A stretch of 59,812 nucleotides of DNA from NCBI GenBank assembly GCA_963851445.1, contig CAWKPH010000001.1, forward strand, positions 1-59,812, read 5' to 3'. This DNA comes from an uncultured bacterium. Lineage in GTDB: Bacteria > Patescibacteriota > Minisyncoccia > Phycocordibacterales > Phycocordibacteraceae. The position numbers and the translations under genes were made by a program. Below, piece by piece: positions 35,330 through 45,084 of the stretch (position 1 is the first letter of the stretch; each line of letters opens with the position of its first letter). The notes under the pieces were generated by a model. That model was not told the origin of the DNA, ran no database searches, and saw nothing but the letters and a program-made list of their open reading frames with translations.

Positions 35330-37018
35330 TTACGTATCCGAAGGGTTTTCGAGCGCTATCACGCTACCAAATGGTGCAAGGGCACGGGAGCCTCGTATCC
35401 GTTTGAGAGAAGCGATGAGAATCCTAAACTCTTCGCGCTCAAGTAGCATTAATATGGCCCCCGAAACCGCTACACCCACAATACCAGCGACTGTAGCCTG
35501 CGTGAAGACGGTGATGAGACCGGTCAGAGGCGCAATATTACCCATAAGATCAAGTGCACCATACGCAGCGCTGCCGCCAAGAATTGCAGCTCCTGTACCA
35601 ACGAGTATTGGGCGACTAAATGCTTTTGCGACTCCAGGCGCAACAGTTCGCAACGTGACGAGAGCGACTACACACATTACAAGCTGCCCCACGGTCGCGC
35701 CAAGCGCTATGAAGAGTACGCTTGTGCCGGACACATCAGAAACGCGAAAGAGTGCCTCAACAAAGTAGCGAAATACAGGCATCGTTTGCGCAAGCTTTAG
35801 TGTGACAAGCGCCACAATCACCGAAACGCCCGCATCGCCTAGCTGCACAATGAGTGGGTTCCAGGAGCGATGGGCTGCATAAAAAGCGCGCGAAGCAAGA
35901 AGAATGATGCTCTGGGCAACGAGACTGAGAATAAGAATTGCAAGCACCGCTGCAGCAATGCGGGTATCGTCCCAATTGAATGCACCCGATCCAAGCACAA
36001 TTCGCACGATATGTGCGCGCAGAACAATCGTAAGAACGGTGATGATTGCCGAGAGATAGATAATATGTTTACCGGCTACAATTATGGTTTCTTTGTATTC
36101 AGTGTGGCGCTTTTGATTTACATGCTCGGCCATAACAGGAAACGCAGCGGTCACATACGAGGATGCAACCAGAGCAAGCGGAACACCTGAAAGATTATTG
36201 GCGAGTGTGAAAATAGAAATGTCACCTGTGCCAACACGACTTGCAATTGCAAGGAGCGCAAGCGTCGTTGCAGAGCTCATGCCAAGCGCCATGGAACGAG
36301 GCACCGAATCTCGCACAACAGCCCACATTGCTTTTGGCGAGGGTATCGTAGGCACGGGGAACATACCTGCTTCAATAAGTACCGGGAAATGAATAACAAG
36401 GTATGCGACAGCCCCGCCTACGACACCGATACCAATGCCAGCGAGTCCGAAATACGGGTAGAGAAATATGGTACCTATGATTATGCCAACATTGTAGAGA
36501 ACTGGTGAGAGCGAGAACAGTATGAAGCGCCGCTCGATCTGCGTCACACTCATGATGATTCCCGAAAGTCCGAGAAGAATCGGCTGGATGAGGAGAATAC
36601 GCTCGAGCAATACAAACTGGGCCGCATCCACAGAATGCCGGAACGTTGGATAGATCCAAAATAAAAATTCGGGCGCGAATATGGCGAGTATGCCACAGAT
36701 GATACCGCCGCCGATTACAAGAAACGAGCAGGTCTGCGAGATAAGCTTTTTAGCGTCCTCGCGTGCGAGTCCTGATATGCGTGGGATGAGTACGTATGCC
36801 GAGACTAGTGACCCAACAAGCGCGAACACCACGTTGGGCACATTGAAAGCTGCGTAGTACATGTCGAGAATTTGACCCGCACCAAATTCATGCGCAAACG
36901 TGTGATCGCGCACCAGTGCAAGAAGCTGCGAAACAAAAGTAAGCGCTGCAAGCAGGTATGCAGCCTGATGAAGGCCGCGCACCGGAGCTGCTATTTTGGC
37001 TATGATGCCTCGCACCAT
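35330..37018 (-). CDS. murJ: lipid II flippase MurJ/MviN
   Basis: Polytopic protein of 562 aa. The N-terminus LLAALTFVSQLLALVRDHTFAHEFGAGQILDMYYAAFNVPN matches the MurJ pattern (..R......FG.....DA...AF..P). Confidence 0.82.
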   Translation of the reverse strand: MVRGIIAKIAAPVRGLHQAAYLLAALTFVSQLLALVRDHTFAHEFGAGQILDMYYAAFNVPNVVFALVGSLVSAYVLIPRISGLAREDAKKLISQTCSFLVIGGGIICGILAIFAPEFLFWIYPTFRHSVDAAQFVLLERILLIQPILLGLSGIIMSVTQIERRFILFSLSPVLYNVGIIIGTIFLYPYFGLAGIGIGVVGGAVAYLVIHFPVLIEAGMFPVPTIPSPKAMWAVVRDSVPRSMALGMSSATTLALLAIASRVGTGDISIFTLANNLSGVPLALVASSYVTAAFPVMAEHVNQKRHTEYKETIIVAGKHIIYLSAIITVLTIVLRAHIVRIVLGSGAFNWDDTRIAAAVLAILILSLVAQSIILLASRAFYAAHRSWNPLIVQLGDAGVSVIVALVTLKLAQTMPVFRYFVEALFRVSDVSGTSVLFIALGATVGQLVMCVVALVTLRTVAPGVAKAFSRPILVGTGAAILGGSAAYGALDLMGNIAPLTGLITVFTQATVAGIVGVAVSGAILMLLEREEFRILIASLKRIRGSRALAPFGSVIALENPSDT

Positions 37019-37022
37019 AGCG

Positions 37023-39473
37023 TTATCCTGCCGTCGTTCCTGTTGCTTTTGAGGAAGCGGCGGCTGACTGGTCAGTTACTCCTGGCTGAGGAATACCAAG
37101 TGCGCCGAGCTGTGAGGATGGAAATGGATCCTTCCCTGCCTCAAGTGCGGTGATGTCAGGCGCTACTGCTTGTGCATTGGCAGTGGAAAGCGCTGCGACT
37201 GCTTGAAGCTGTGCGAGTGCCTGTGCATTGTTATTCTCAATGGTGTACATGACGGCAAGGAAGAACCGGGCGTTTGCGTACTGCGGGTTGATTTGCACTG
37301 CTTGGGCAAGGGCTTGAATGGCTCCCGGGGTGTCTCCGTTAGCAGAGCGTAATATTCCTACCTGAAAGAGAACAGTTGGGTCATTTGGATCGAAGTAAAG
37401 AGCTGCTTCTGCTGCCTGGAGTGCATCTTTTGCATTACCTTCCTGAACTTCAAGCTGTGAGAGAAGAAAAATAGCTTGTGTGTAGTCAGGCTTGAGGTTG
37501 ATAGCAGTGGTGAGATCACTTACGGCGTCTGAATAATCTTTTTGAGCAATATCGAGCTGTGCAAGTGTATAAGAGAGCGTAGGATCAGTCGGATCGAGAG
37601 AGATCGCGTGTTGGTAGGATGCACGCGCCTGCGTGTAGGCACCGCTAATATTAAGCGGTACGACCGTTTGATACACCTCACCAAGGACTGCCCAGTTTAG
37701 ATAGTTATTCGGATTGAGCTTCGTTGCTTGAGTGGCAGCAGCAACACTTGAGGAAAGAGCTGACTGAAATTCTTGCTGTGCTTCTGCGGGGGTGAGTGTT
37801 GTATCCCCTGCAATCTTGTTCATCTGCGCAATGCCGTCAAGCGCAGCAAGCTGGTAACTACGATCGCTTATTGCGTAGGTAAGCGAGCGGTTTATGTCAG
37901 TAGTTGCAACCGTTAAGTTTCCTGCCGAAAGCGCGGCGGCTGCTTCGTTGTATGAGTAGTCTGCAAGATACCGTTCAATGACAACATACGCAGCAAGAAC
38001 AACACCAAGGAGAAGTAAGGTGAGACCAAATACAATGAGGAATCCGACGCGAGGATTACGCGCGAACACTACCCCCCACTCCTGGCGCATTCCTGAATAG
38101 CGCATAGTTGAGACAAAAAGACCAAGAAGTGCAAATCCGCATATAAGCACCATTGGACCGGGGACCGCGAAAATGGCGAGCACAAGCACGTACCATACTC
38201 CAGTGTATGAAGCGACTGCAACGAATCTGGCATAGGGATTAGTTGGTGTGCGGAACAAAAGCATTCGTAGTCCGAGAAAAAGAAGAAGTCCGAGAAAGGC
38301 AAGCCATGCGAGTGCTCCAACGAGCCCCTCTGTCACAAATGAAGTTGGAATGAGACCAATGCCAGAGGTGAACGTGAGATTCCAGAATACCGTGCTGTTA
38401 AGAGCCGAGTTTCGATATCTGAGCCACTGCGCTTCAAACGTACTTGGACCGGAACCGAATATTGGTGCTGAGGCGTACGTATGACTTCCTACATCAAAGG
38501 TCGACTGCCACGACGGACGCACATCAAGGGTATTTGTACCAAATGTGGTTCCGAGCGCACTACCTATGGTCGAAGCACTTATAAGAAAGAAGAGCGCAAT
38601 GATGAGCACGACAAGAGGAGCCGCGAGCGAGCGAGTGTCCTCCGAGATTGTAGCGGGTTCTGATTCAGCGCTTAAAATCTCGACACCCTCAAGATCCGAA
38701 TCGTCGCTCGTAGGACTGAGACGTCGGAGTATTGCTTCGACAAAGAGACCGAATGCAATGAGGGCAACAAGAATCCATATGAGGCTCGAGTTAACGAGCG
38801 CAAGGATGAAGAGACCGAGTGCAGCAGCTGCCCAAAGGATAATCCTCATCCTCGGCGAGAATTTCAAAAATCGCTGTGCGATGAGTATGAGTGAAACACC
38901 AAGACCCACAAACATGCCTAGGTCGACAAACGATCCGACGAGGTTTGCGGTTGGCGTGAGCTTGCTTGGCATGGCGTGTCCCAGGATAAGAAAGATAATT
39001 TCCGAGACCATTATGATGCCGTAAATCACAAATCCTACCTTAAAGAAGACGCGGTATTCAGAGGTGCGACGAAATACGAGTGCGGCAAGAGTTGCAAAAC
39101 CGGCAAGGATGAGTATGAATCCGAGCGTGTCTGCTTCAAGCTCCGTACCAAAGAATGCCTGAGCAGTGTTTACTCCTGAAAAGAGTGTCGAGAGTCCGTA
39201 TGCAATCGGAACAATCCAGAGCGCACCAAGAAGTGTTATGGGAGGAATGATGAGATTTCCACGTGTAAGACGCGCAAGAATGTAGAGTGCGAGTGCGACC
39301 AATCCGCCAAGTGCAAGAATGGTGATCTTTGTGTAAACAAAGGGCGTGATGCTTGAAAGACTAAACGCAACCATGGCGAGTGCAACGGTAACGGTAAGAA
39401 CCCATATGGAAGCAACGTCGAAAGAAAACCGCTTACGCACACGGGGAACTGCTGTATGTACTTCGTTATTCAT
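37023..39473 (-). CDS. large polytopic membrane protein (O-antigen ligase/polymerase-like) fused to C-terminal TPR repeats
   Basis: About 470 aa of multi-TM region, followed by about 300 aa of TPR-like A-x-x-Y-x-x-A-hxhDP repeats (YQHAISLDPTDP, AINLKPDY, ALYFDPNDP, AVQINPQYA). The Wzy_C assignment comes from architecture only. Confidence 0.55.
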   Translation of the reverse strand: MNNEVHTAVPRVRKRFSFDVASIWVLTVTVALAMVAFSLSSITPFVYTKITILALGGLVALALYILARLTRGNLIIPPITLLGALWIVPIAYGLSTLFSGVNTAQAFFGTELEADTLGFILILAGFATLAALVFRRTSEYRVFFKVGFVIYGIIMVSEIIFLILGHAMPSKLTPTANLVGSFVDLGMFVGLGVSLILIAQRFLKFSPRMRIILWAAAALGLFILALVNSSLIWILVALIAFGLFVEAILRRLSPTSDDSDLEGVEILSAESEPATISEDTRSLAAPLVVLIIALFFLISASTIGSALGTTFGTNTLDVRPSWQSTFDVGSHTYASAPIFGSGPSTFEAQWLRYRNSALNSTVFWNLTFTSGIGLIPTSFVTEGLVGALAWLAFLGLLLFLGLRMLLFRTPTNPYARFVAVASYTGVWYVLVLAIFAVPGPMVLICGFALLGLFVSTMRYSGMRQEWGVVFARNPRVGFLIVFGLTLLLLGVVLAAYVVIERYLADYSYNEAAAALSAGNLTVATTDINRSLTYAISDRSYQLAALDGIAQMNKIAGDTTLTPAEAQQEFQSALSSSVAAATQATKLNPNNYLNWAVLGEVYQTVVPLNISGAYTQARASYQHAISLDPTDPTLSYTLAQLDIAQKDYSDAVSDLTTAINLKPDYTQAIFLLSQLEVQEGNAKDALQAAEAALYFDPNDPTVLFQVGILRSANGDTPGAIQALAQAVQINPQYANARFFLAVMYTIENNNAQALAQLQAVAALSTANAQAVAPDITALEAGKDPFPSSQLGALGIPQPGVTDQSAAASSKATGTTAG

Positions 39474-39586
39474 GAACTAAATACTTATTTATTCAAATTA
39501 CCTCCGACAATGCTGTAAGTATAGCGTATGGCTAAATGATAGCGCTGGGTACTAGGGGATAGCTTATCTTGAACAACGAAAGCCCT

Positions 39587-39617
39587 AAAATACAAGCGCC
39601 CACCGTTAGGTGGGTGC
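39587..39617 (-). terminator. rho-independent terminator after rnpB
   Basis: Minus strand reads GCACCCACC-TAAC-GGTGGGCGC followed by TTGTATTTT. Confidence 0.7.
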
Positions 39618-39627
39618 CTGTATTTTT

Positions 39628-40004
39628 GAAACCAATCCGATAAGCCGAATTCTGTTCCTGGCAATTGCCAGGAGACGACCATCTATCTGGGATCGCTGTT
39701 GCCAGCGACCTCGAGCGGCACTCTCCCTATCGATAGGGAGCACGGCCTTGCACTGGGGTAAGGATTTAGCCGTTTCACCTCCTGGGTTGCCCCAAGAGCT
39801 CACCTACGGTCCTTTAGAACCGCAGGTGCTTCCAGCCTTTCGGTAGGAAGCGTCTCTGCTCGCACCTCGCGCCTTACGACGGACGGGTGTTACCCGCTAC
39901 CTTGCTGCACCGCAATTCGTACCGGAGTACGTATACACGGTGCCAGTGTTCGGACTTTCCTCTCCCAAGCCAAGGCATGGGAGCGATCGTCTGGACTGGT
40001 CCAC
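39628..40004 (-). ncRNA. rnpB: RNase P RNA, bacterial type A
   Basis: The minus strand contains the universally conserved GAGGAAAGTCCG (plus-strand coordinates 39951..39962) and ACAGAATTCGGCTTATCGG (compare ACAGAA-NNN-GGCTTA; 39641..39655). P1 pairs GACCAGTCC with GGATTGGTT. Ends are accurate to about 5 nt. Confidence 0.85.
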
Positions 40005-40024
40005 TTTGAACTATACCACGAGTT

Positions 40025-42424
40025 CTAGATCTCGCACGTACCCGAAACACAGGCGAGTTCATTTTTGATTTCGGTCTCGTCAGTGCGCTCATACGCATAG
40101 AGTTTTCCATAATCGATATGCTGAAATCGTTGTGCCATCTCTTCGTATTGCTCTTTGGTAATCACTTCATAGGGTGCAAGGCGATAGACGTGGTTTGATC
40201 GTGGAAGAAATGAGAGTCCTCCAACAATCTCCCAATTCTTATAAACCCAGTTGGCAACGGCGATCCATTCGTCCTCACCCACTGAAATGGTCACCGATGG
40301 ATTGTGTTCGGTATAACTTTCTTTCACAAGCTTCCAGTGCTTAAGCTGATCGAGTGCTGAAATATCATCTTTACAAATAGCGCCGTCAGGAGATTTCACT
40401 GGAAACTCGAGAACGAACGTGTTCGCTTCTTCTTCAGTCTGCCCTACTTCCGGATGGTATGGAACGCCTTGGTCACGAAGCATTTTGAAAAGCGAGTCTG
40501 TTGCGCTAATACGTATGCGACGAATGTAATATGGAGAATGACGCGGATGCATACCTGAAGCGACTCCCATGGTTTGTGAAGTGGTGCCCGATGGCTTCAC
40601 ACACGTAATTGCGGTCGACTCGTTAATTCCAAAACGCTCTGCATATTTCTTGTTGGTCTTGATCGTCTCTTTTTTCATTGCTTCAAGCGTACCGGCATCG
40701 CGAACTGCGGGAGAATCCCACTGTCCTGTAATTGAAACGCCAAGAAGGCGTTCTTGCTGGCAATTCTCGATCCATTCCTTTGATAGGTAGCCGAGGTTAA
40801 CCAAGGTTGATTGATAAGTACCGAGAACAGTTGCGAGTCGAGCTTTGCGTACGAGAGATTCTCTCGTGTCGTCAACGCGTGCAATTACTTCGGTTAGATT
40901 ACAAAACTGCTTAGACTTCAGGATAATCTCGCCGCAAGGATTCGTTCCCGCAGGGCCCACAACGCGATCGCTCTTTATATAGCCGCTCTTTTTCCAGAAA
41001 TCCTTGCGGCGCTCTGGAAGCTGATTCATGAGGCCGCCGCGGTTAAAGATGCCTCGTTCTCCTGCTTTTGACTTCATGAGTGCTACCCATTCATCCATGA
41101 ATTCTTCGTTTGACTGGCTTTTGAAGATAGACGGCGGAGTTATTTGCGATGGAACGCTGTGGATTGCTGTTCCAGAATTCGCCTTTCTTTGCATCGCGTA
41201 CGTCGGCGTCATCGAGGTCAGAAAGTGAGATCATAGCGCTCCGGCGTACGCCACCGGCAACAACACACTCGCCTATCTTACAAATTATGTCGTGTGCGTC
41301 GATGTTACGCAGACGACGGCCCTGGCGCGAAAGAATACGATCACGTGAGAATGCAAGGAGACTTCGAAGTGGTTCAGGGCCTGATGCCTTACCGCCCATC
41401 GTCTTGAGGCGGGCGCCTGCGGGACGAACTTGTGAGAAATCAAAATCAATGTCCTTCCCGTCGTACCAAACCTTGAGACCAAGTGTCAGTGCGTCGCACC
41501 AGCCTTCCTTTGAATCTTGCACAACGTGTGTTGCAAATTTCTCGCCTGTTTGAAATGCAATTTGTGGAAGTGCTTGAACATTCGCGCTCTCGACTGGAAT
41601 AACCGACGCCGGTGCCGCACATAGAGATGTACATGATTTCTGCAAAGTCAGAGATCTTTGACGGTGCGATGTAGGAACAGTTGTATGCTGCTACGTTGCA
41701 ACGTCGCACTGCGTCGCCCGCAAATTGCATGAGACGCATGCTCGGGACAATCTCTTGATTGAGAATTGCTTCGCGCAGCTCTCCATATTCCTTGGCGGTG
41801 AGCTTGCTCCCAAGATTCTCGCGCATAAAATTGATGATAGCGATCTACCGTCTCGACCCAGGTCTCGCGACGACCCTCTTCAGGAATCCACTTCGAGTAA
41901 GAACGCAAATATACAAATTCTCCAAGCGAATTTTTTTTAAAATATTTCTTACTTTCTTCTGCGAGTGCGCGTACTGATTCAGGAATCTCGATCTGTTCTG
42001 AGCGGAGTTGATTGCGTTTATCTCTATAAAGGATGTACGCCTTTGCTGCGCCAGTGAAATCATTGAGCATCAACTGTTTCTCGACAGAATCTTGTATACC
42101 TTCGACTGTTGGAAGAAAATTTTTGTACTTTTTTGCAAATCTGGCGAGTTCTCCTGCGACTTGGTGTGCAACCATTTCTGCATCTTCGTATCCTCCTTCG
42201 TTGCCTCCTGCAATCATCGCCTTGTGTATGGCAGCAACAATCTTCTCAAACTCGAACGGAGCGATTCTACCGTCACGCTTTTCAATTCGCGCGATGAGTG
42301 TATGGTATCGTTTCGTATCCTTACTCTCCACTACCTGTTCTTCTACTTTACTAATTACCTTGAGAGGTTTTTTTGCAACCTTTTGGGCACGCGCGAGCAC
42401 CGGAGATTTTGCGGACTTAGGCAT
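40025..42424 (-). pseudogene. nrdJ: class II (adenosylcobalamin-dependent, monomeric RTPR-like) ribonucleotide reductase with an N-terminal ATP-cone; reading frame broken three times
   Basis: Four consecutive ORF pieces (41648..42424, 41446..41826, 41091..41645, 40025..41212) read as one RNR. In order: ATP-cone, IVPSMRLMQFAG, AAYNCSY, MCGTGVGYS/VESANV, RPAGARLKTMGGKASGPEPL, VVAGGVRRSAMISL, ANNSAVY, KAGERGIFNR, GTNPCGEI and the C-terminal redox pair CVSGTCEI (compare CEGGACPIK as I recall it from Lactobacillus RTPR). Confidence 0.82.
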
Positions 42425-42566
42425 ACGAAGAAGATGATTACCGATGAGAGATTCTTAGTAATAGCAGCAGTCGAGCGGCAAGCGAAAGTGGAGTCGACGT
42501 ATACTCTATTCTACTCCTCTTCGTTTGCATCGAGAACCTGTGGACAAACTATTTCAAAAAGCTTTT

Positions 42567-43154
42567 CTAGTATGGCGGGGGAAGTGCGACTTGAGTACCG
42601 ATTGTCCAGCCATGTTCAACCGCGAATCCTGATTTTGTCTCAAGGACATATTTGACTGGTGCTGGAGGATAAAAGACATCAGGATACGTAGCAGGAGATA
42701 CTGACGGATCAATTTTTATGATAGTACCTGTGTCCGAGAGCCAAATCATATCAATTGGCACCAGCATATCCTTCATCCAGAAGCCGTAAGTGTTGTCGCT
42801 CGGAAAAACGAAGAGCATCGCATAGTTATCAGGTATGAAACTTCTACCGCCAAGACCTTGCTCCTGCGCGGCGATTGTCGTAACAGTCTCATACTGCATT
42901 GGTATAGCCGTGCTAGTTCCACTATTCTGAGCCGCTCCAGCTACGGAGGAGGTGGAAGCGGTGTTCGTTGAGGTTCCAGTCAGCATTGTTGAGCTAGCAG
43001 AGACAGTAGAAGGGGTGGTTGTGGATGTTGTGAGCGCTGATGCCGAAGATAGACTGTAATTCACTCTGTTTTCCGATGTGCTAAAGAGTAAAAGACAAGC
43101 TCCGCCAAGGAGCACTACTACAATGAGTCCGATAACCATCTGTGACTTATTCAT
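42567..43154 (-). CDS. membrane-anchored DUF192-family protein
   Basis: TM segment and a Ser/Thr-rich linker, then AMLFVFPSDNTYGFWMKDMLVPIDMIWL, the typical DUF192 core. Confidence 0.72.
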   Translation of the reverse strand: MNKSQMVIGLIVVVLLGGACLLLFSTSENRVNYSLSSASALTTSTTTPSTVSASSTMLTGTSTNTASTSSVAGAAQNSGTSTAIPMQYETVTTIAAQEQGLGGRSFIPDNYAMLFVFPSDNTYGFWMKDMLVPIDMIWLSDTGTIIKIDPSVSPATYPDVFYPPAPVKYVLETKSGFAVEHGWTIGTQVALPPPY

Positions 43155-43347
43155 AAGAGACGTTTACGGTTAAAAGCCGATTGCCCAAAGACATCGAGTC
43201 CGGTTATGCGGTTATACACGGGGGCAGAAATAAGCGTGCATTCCATTCTCACGGGTCATAATATCACAGGAATAATTAATGCAGGCTGAGGCGTATGGAA
43301 TTCGATTTGGAATGGATACCTGGCATAAACCTGAAACGAGCTAACAA

Positions 43348-43383
43348 GGTCGGGTCAGATGCGCTCGCGCATCTGACCCGACC
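43348..43383. repeat. perfect palindrome (17-nt arms, about 16 bp of foldable stem) in a long ORF-free region
   Basis: GGTCGGGTCAGATGCGC-TC-GCGCATCTGACCCGACC. Neither side has a convincing T-tract. Confidence 0.9.
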
Positions 43384-43744
43384 AATTACTCTCGTATTTC
43401 CATCATAATAAGTACTACTATGAGTAACCCCCCTCTATAGATCGCGTTACTAACATTAAATGCGCAATTATAGCGGGGAGACACGATCCAAAAGAAATCA
43501 GGTATATAGAGAAATTACGATCCCGTGACTTCAGCTTCTACACTTATGACGATTTGTTGAGAAGCCTACGCTCTACCATAAAGAGTTATTCGGCAATTTA
43601 ACGATGGGATATAGATGGGGCTAGGTAATGCGTTATCTTCAGCTTTATAGGCTGAATTGAATGGAGAAATATAACCATAAACAAAGGAATGTTGCTTGTA
43701 AAGGGGTCAAAAGTAGCCATCCTGGCAACTTCGGCGGAGGCGGA

Positions 43745-43829
43745 GAGATTCGAACTCTCGGAACCTTTCGGTTCACACGCTTTCCAAGCGTGCGCACTAG
43801 ACCGCTATGCGACGCCTCCGTGCATTTGT
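43745..43829 (-). tRNA. tRNA-Ser (anticodon GGA)
   Basis: Hand-folded. Acceptor GGAGGCG/CGCCTCC, anticodon arm CACGC-TTGGAAA-GCGTG, a long variable arm and T-arm GAGAG-TTCGAAT-CTCTC. Confidence 0.9.
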
Positions 43830-43849
43830 TTATATCACAAATTATGTTC

Positions 43850-44767
43850 TCATTGCGAGATCGAGACCGTACTCATTCCAACGAGTGCTTCGATGCGCTT
43901 TTGGATAGGTGGGTGAGTGGAAAAAAGTTTATCAATCCAATCGGTAGGTTTTGGACCAAACGGATCACTGATGAAAAGGTGTGCCGTTGCATGCGACGGA
44001 CGACGCATTGGCTGACTGTTTCCAAGCTTCTGGAGAGCTGATGCAAGTCCTTCGGGATAGCGCGTGAGAAGTGCTCCTGAAGAATCGGCGAGGTATTCGC
44101 GACGACGAGAGATCGCGAGCTCTATGAGTTGCGCTGCAATTGGTGCGAGGATCATCGCAACGAGTGCGAAGACGATAAGGAATATGCCTCCTCCATTACG
44201 GTCGTTGCCTCCGCGCATACCACCAAACAATGAGATGCGAAGGAATATATCGGCGATGATCGCGACAAAGCCCGCAAGTACAACTGCGGACGTCATAAGG
44301 AGAATGTCGTGGTTACGGATATGGGAAAGCTCATGCGATACCACGCCTTCAAGTTCCTGACGATTCATCATGGCAAGAAGTCCGGTCGTCGCGCAGACGA
44401 CTGCATGTTTCTCGTTACGGCCCGTGGAAAAGGCGTTCGGAGACGCATCCGTAATGACGTAGAGCTTCGGCATTGGAATGCCGGCCGTAATACAGAGATT
44501 CTCCGTTACCGTGTAGAAATCAAAGAATTCCTCGCGAGTCGCTGGCCGTGCACCAGTCATCGAAAGCACCTGACGATCAGAGAACCAGTAACTATAGAAG
44601 TTCATACCAATCGCGAAGATAACGGCGATATAGAGGACGATAGACCCATAATACAAAGAAGCTACATAGCCTATAAGAATGACCACGAGCAAAAATACGG
44701 TCATCATGACCCATGTACGGAATACATTGCTCGATCGTTCTTGGTAGAGAGTTGGGGTGTTTGCCAT
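43850..44767 (-). CDS. htpX: M48-family zinc metalloprotease HtpX
   Basis: HELSHIRNHD (HExxH) lies between TM helices, with C-terminal STHPPIQKRI. I chose the ATG at 44767; 44800 is an alternative. Confidence 0.9.
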   Translation of the reverse strand: MANTPTLYQERSSNVFRTWVMMTVFLLVVILIGYVASLYYGSIVLYIAVIFAIGMNFYSYWFSDRQVLSMTGARPATREEFFDFYTVTENLCITAGIPMPKLYVITDASPNAFSTGRNEKHAVVCATTGLLAMMNRQELEGVVSHELSHIRNHDILLMTSAVVLAGFVAIIADIFLRISLFGGMRGGNDRNGGGIFLIVFALVAMILAPIAAQLIELAISRRREYLADSSGALLTRYPEGLASALQKLGNSQPMRRPSHATAHLFISDPFGPKPTDWIDKLFSTHPPIQKRIEALVGMSTVSISQ

Positions 44768-44771
44768 AATC

Positions 44772-45083
44772 TTATTTCTTTTGGAAACGGTCTTTATCAC
44801 GTCCGTAGCACTTATCCATTTTCTTCACGAATTCGGCATCAAGGTCGACGCCATGTCTGTTTGCAAGACAGATCGCCGCAAATAGCACGTCCATGATCTC
44901 TCCCCCGAGTTCTTGCTTTGCTTCTTCAGGTTTCTTCGGTTTTGAACCGTACATATGGTTCAGAAGTCTTGCGACTTCTCCAACTTCTTCAGAGAGCGCT
45001 GCAAATTGCGAGAGGGGTGGCCAATAGGGTTCTTCCAAGGTTTGTGCCCAGTCGTCTATTTGTTTTTGAGCCTCCTTCAACAT
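44772..45083 (-). CDS. small MazG-like nucleotide pyrophosphohydrolase
   Basis: 103 aa. EEVGEVARLL and LGGEIMDVLFAAICLAN match the E-x-x-E ... E-x-x-D helices of the all-alpha NTP-PPase fold. Confidence 0.75.
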   Translation of the reverse strand: MLKEAQKQIDDWAQTLEEPYWPPLSQFAALSEEVGEVARLLNHMYGSKPKKPEEAKQELGGEIMDVLFAAICLANRHGVDLDAEFVKKMDKCYGRDKDRFQKK

Positions 45084-45084
45084 T

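Noticed and set aside
39485-40110. Five short ORFs (39485..39682, 39606..39803, 39610..39846, 39874..40110 and others) listed in the gap after nrdJ.
   Set aside because: The gap is occupied by the RNase P RNA gene and its terminator. The ORFs overlap one another on both strands and have no start signals.
42425-42566. I expected a cobalamin riboswitch or NrdR box upstream of the B12-dependent RNR.
   Set aside because: I could not recognise a B12-box-like element or a 16-bp NrdR-type palindrome in the 140-bp leader. I found only a short AGTCGA direct repeat. An Rfam scan would settle this.
43155-43744. tmRNA, SRP RNA or a tRNA-like element as an explanation for the long ORF-free region.
   Set aside because: I found no GGGG...TCGA 5' end paired with a T-arm/ACCA 3' end, no tag-peptide-like reading frame ending in hydrophobic Ala-rich residues, and no GGAAGCAGCC-type SRP domain IV motif. 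The region is kept as an open finding instead.
43661-44041. Plus-strand ORFs 43661..44041 and 43689..43916.
   Set aside because: They run straight through tRNA-Ser(GGA) and antisense to the well-supported htpX gene, so they are shadow ORFs.
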